Positions 56,703-57,275 of a DNA stretch of 57,275 bases are shown piece by piece. This DNA is from a virus (Duplodnaviria; Caudoviricetes): positions 1 to 57,275 of the IMG/VR virus record IMGVR_UViG_3300020463_002067; one strand, written 5' to 3'. The notes beneath the pieces are model-generated. The model saw only the letters and a program-made list of their open reading frames with translations, searched no databases and was not told the origin of the DNA. Position 1 is the stretch's first letter; each line of letters opens with the position of its first letter. The position numbers and the translations under genes are program-made.

Positions 56703-56741
56703 AAAATATTGGGCAAGGTCTTATGCATGCCTTGCCCAATA
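56703..56741 (-). terminator. probable intrinsic terminator
   Basis: 12-bp perfect stem TATTGGGCAAGG/CCTTGCCCAATA (56707-56718, 56730-56741), 11-nt loop, short U-run on the - strand, 12 nt after the ATPase stop. Confidence 0.7.
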
Positions 56742-56753
56742 CTACCGTGCCTA

Positions 56754-57275
56754 TTAGGCACTCTGTGCGGCTTGAATATACTTACCAAAACGCTCATGGA
56801 ACTCATCAAAACACTCTACTTCATCTGGATCGATTGGAAGTGAGTATTGTGTAAGAGCAAGTTTGATACCCATAACTACAAGTTCAGTATCAAAGTTATC
56901 CATTGCAAACCTTAAGAAGTTATTAACTTTCGAATCAAACTTCTTATCGTTTTTATCGCAGGCGTCTTTAAGTTCATAGCAAAGTGAAACAGTCAAGGAA
57001 TACATGGCACTGATTTCTTTAGTTTCACACTCCTTAACCTTACCTTCAAGTATGTCAGTAGGGTCAGGAAGTTTTGAAGCAACCTTACGATGCGCCATAA
57101 ACTTAACGGCAAGTCCTTCGCCGACAGAACCACTTACCAAATCGGTAGTGGTGTTCTCATCATCGTCTTCGTCTTCAATAAGCTCGGAGACAAATGACCA
57201 AGAACGAGGTGTAGCAAATGAACGACTTGGGCTTTTTGGATCAAAGTCATACAAGTCCTTCTTGCTAAAAGTCAA
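56754..57275 (-). CDS. MoxR-like AAA+ ATPase, C-terminal part (5'-partial)
   Basis: FATPRSW sensor-2-like motif followed by GSVGEGLAVKF; adjacent to a DUF2201-like VWA gene. Walker motifs would lie outside the window. Confidence 0.75.
   Translation of the reverse strand: MTFSKKDLYDFDPKSPSRSFATPRSWSFVSELIEDEDDDENTTTDLVSGSVGEGLAVKFMAHRKVASKLPDPTDILEGKVKECETKEISAMYSLTVSLCYELKDACDKNDKKFDSKVNNFLRFAMDNFDTELVVMGIKLALTQYSLPIDPDEVECFDEFHERFGKYIQAAQSA

Noticed and set aside
1-57275. Stop-codon reassignment as in some large phages
   Set aside because: Genes are intact under code 11, and TAA, TAG and TGA all end genes at tight junctions.

Overview
AT-rich, gene-dense segment of a large tailed-phage genome (T4-like or jumbo myovirus; host not identifiable from sequence), standard genetic code. 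(1) 1-28.5 kb, + strand: virion baseplate and tail module. It holds a 5'-truncated gp5/VgrG-like spike with a C-terminal GH19 muramidase, a PAAR protein, gp25, a gp6-like wedge, a 5032-aa mosaic baseplate protein, and three paralogous fibre proteins. (2) 28.6-52.6 kb: a ~24 kb cluster of about 27 genes, mostly tailoring enzymes. These are 4 GT-A glycosyltransferase-like proteins, 3 radical SAM enzymes, a DegT aminotransferase, a NodU/CmcH carbamoyltransferase, 3 nitroreductase-like proteins, 2 methyltransferases, 2 SGNH-like proteins, a 2OG-Fe(II) hydroxylase, a Trp-halogenase-family enzyme, 2 adenylate-forming enzymes, an alpha/beta hydrolase and a TctA/TctC transporter pair. (3) 52.6-57.3 kb, - strand: a fibre-like protein, conserved hypotheticals and a VWA-metallopeptidase/MoxR pair with a sigma70-type promoter and a terminator. 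T4-late-like TA(T)AAATA boxes recur in intergenic gaps, including inside the enzyme cluster. Two boxes overlap start-codon-sequestering hairpins and two sit 5 nt before an ATG. All functional calls come from motif recognition by eye; no database searches were run. No tRNA, rRNA, CRISPR or mobile element was recognised.
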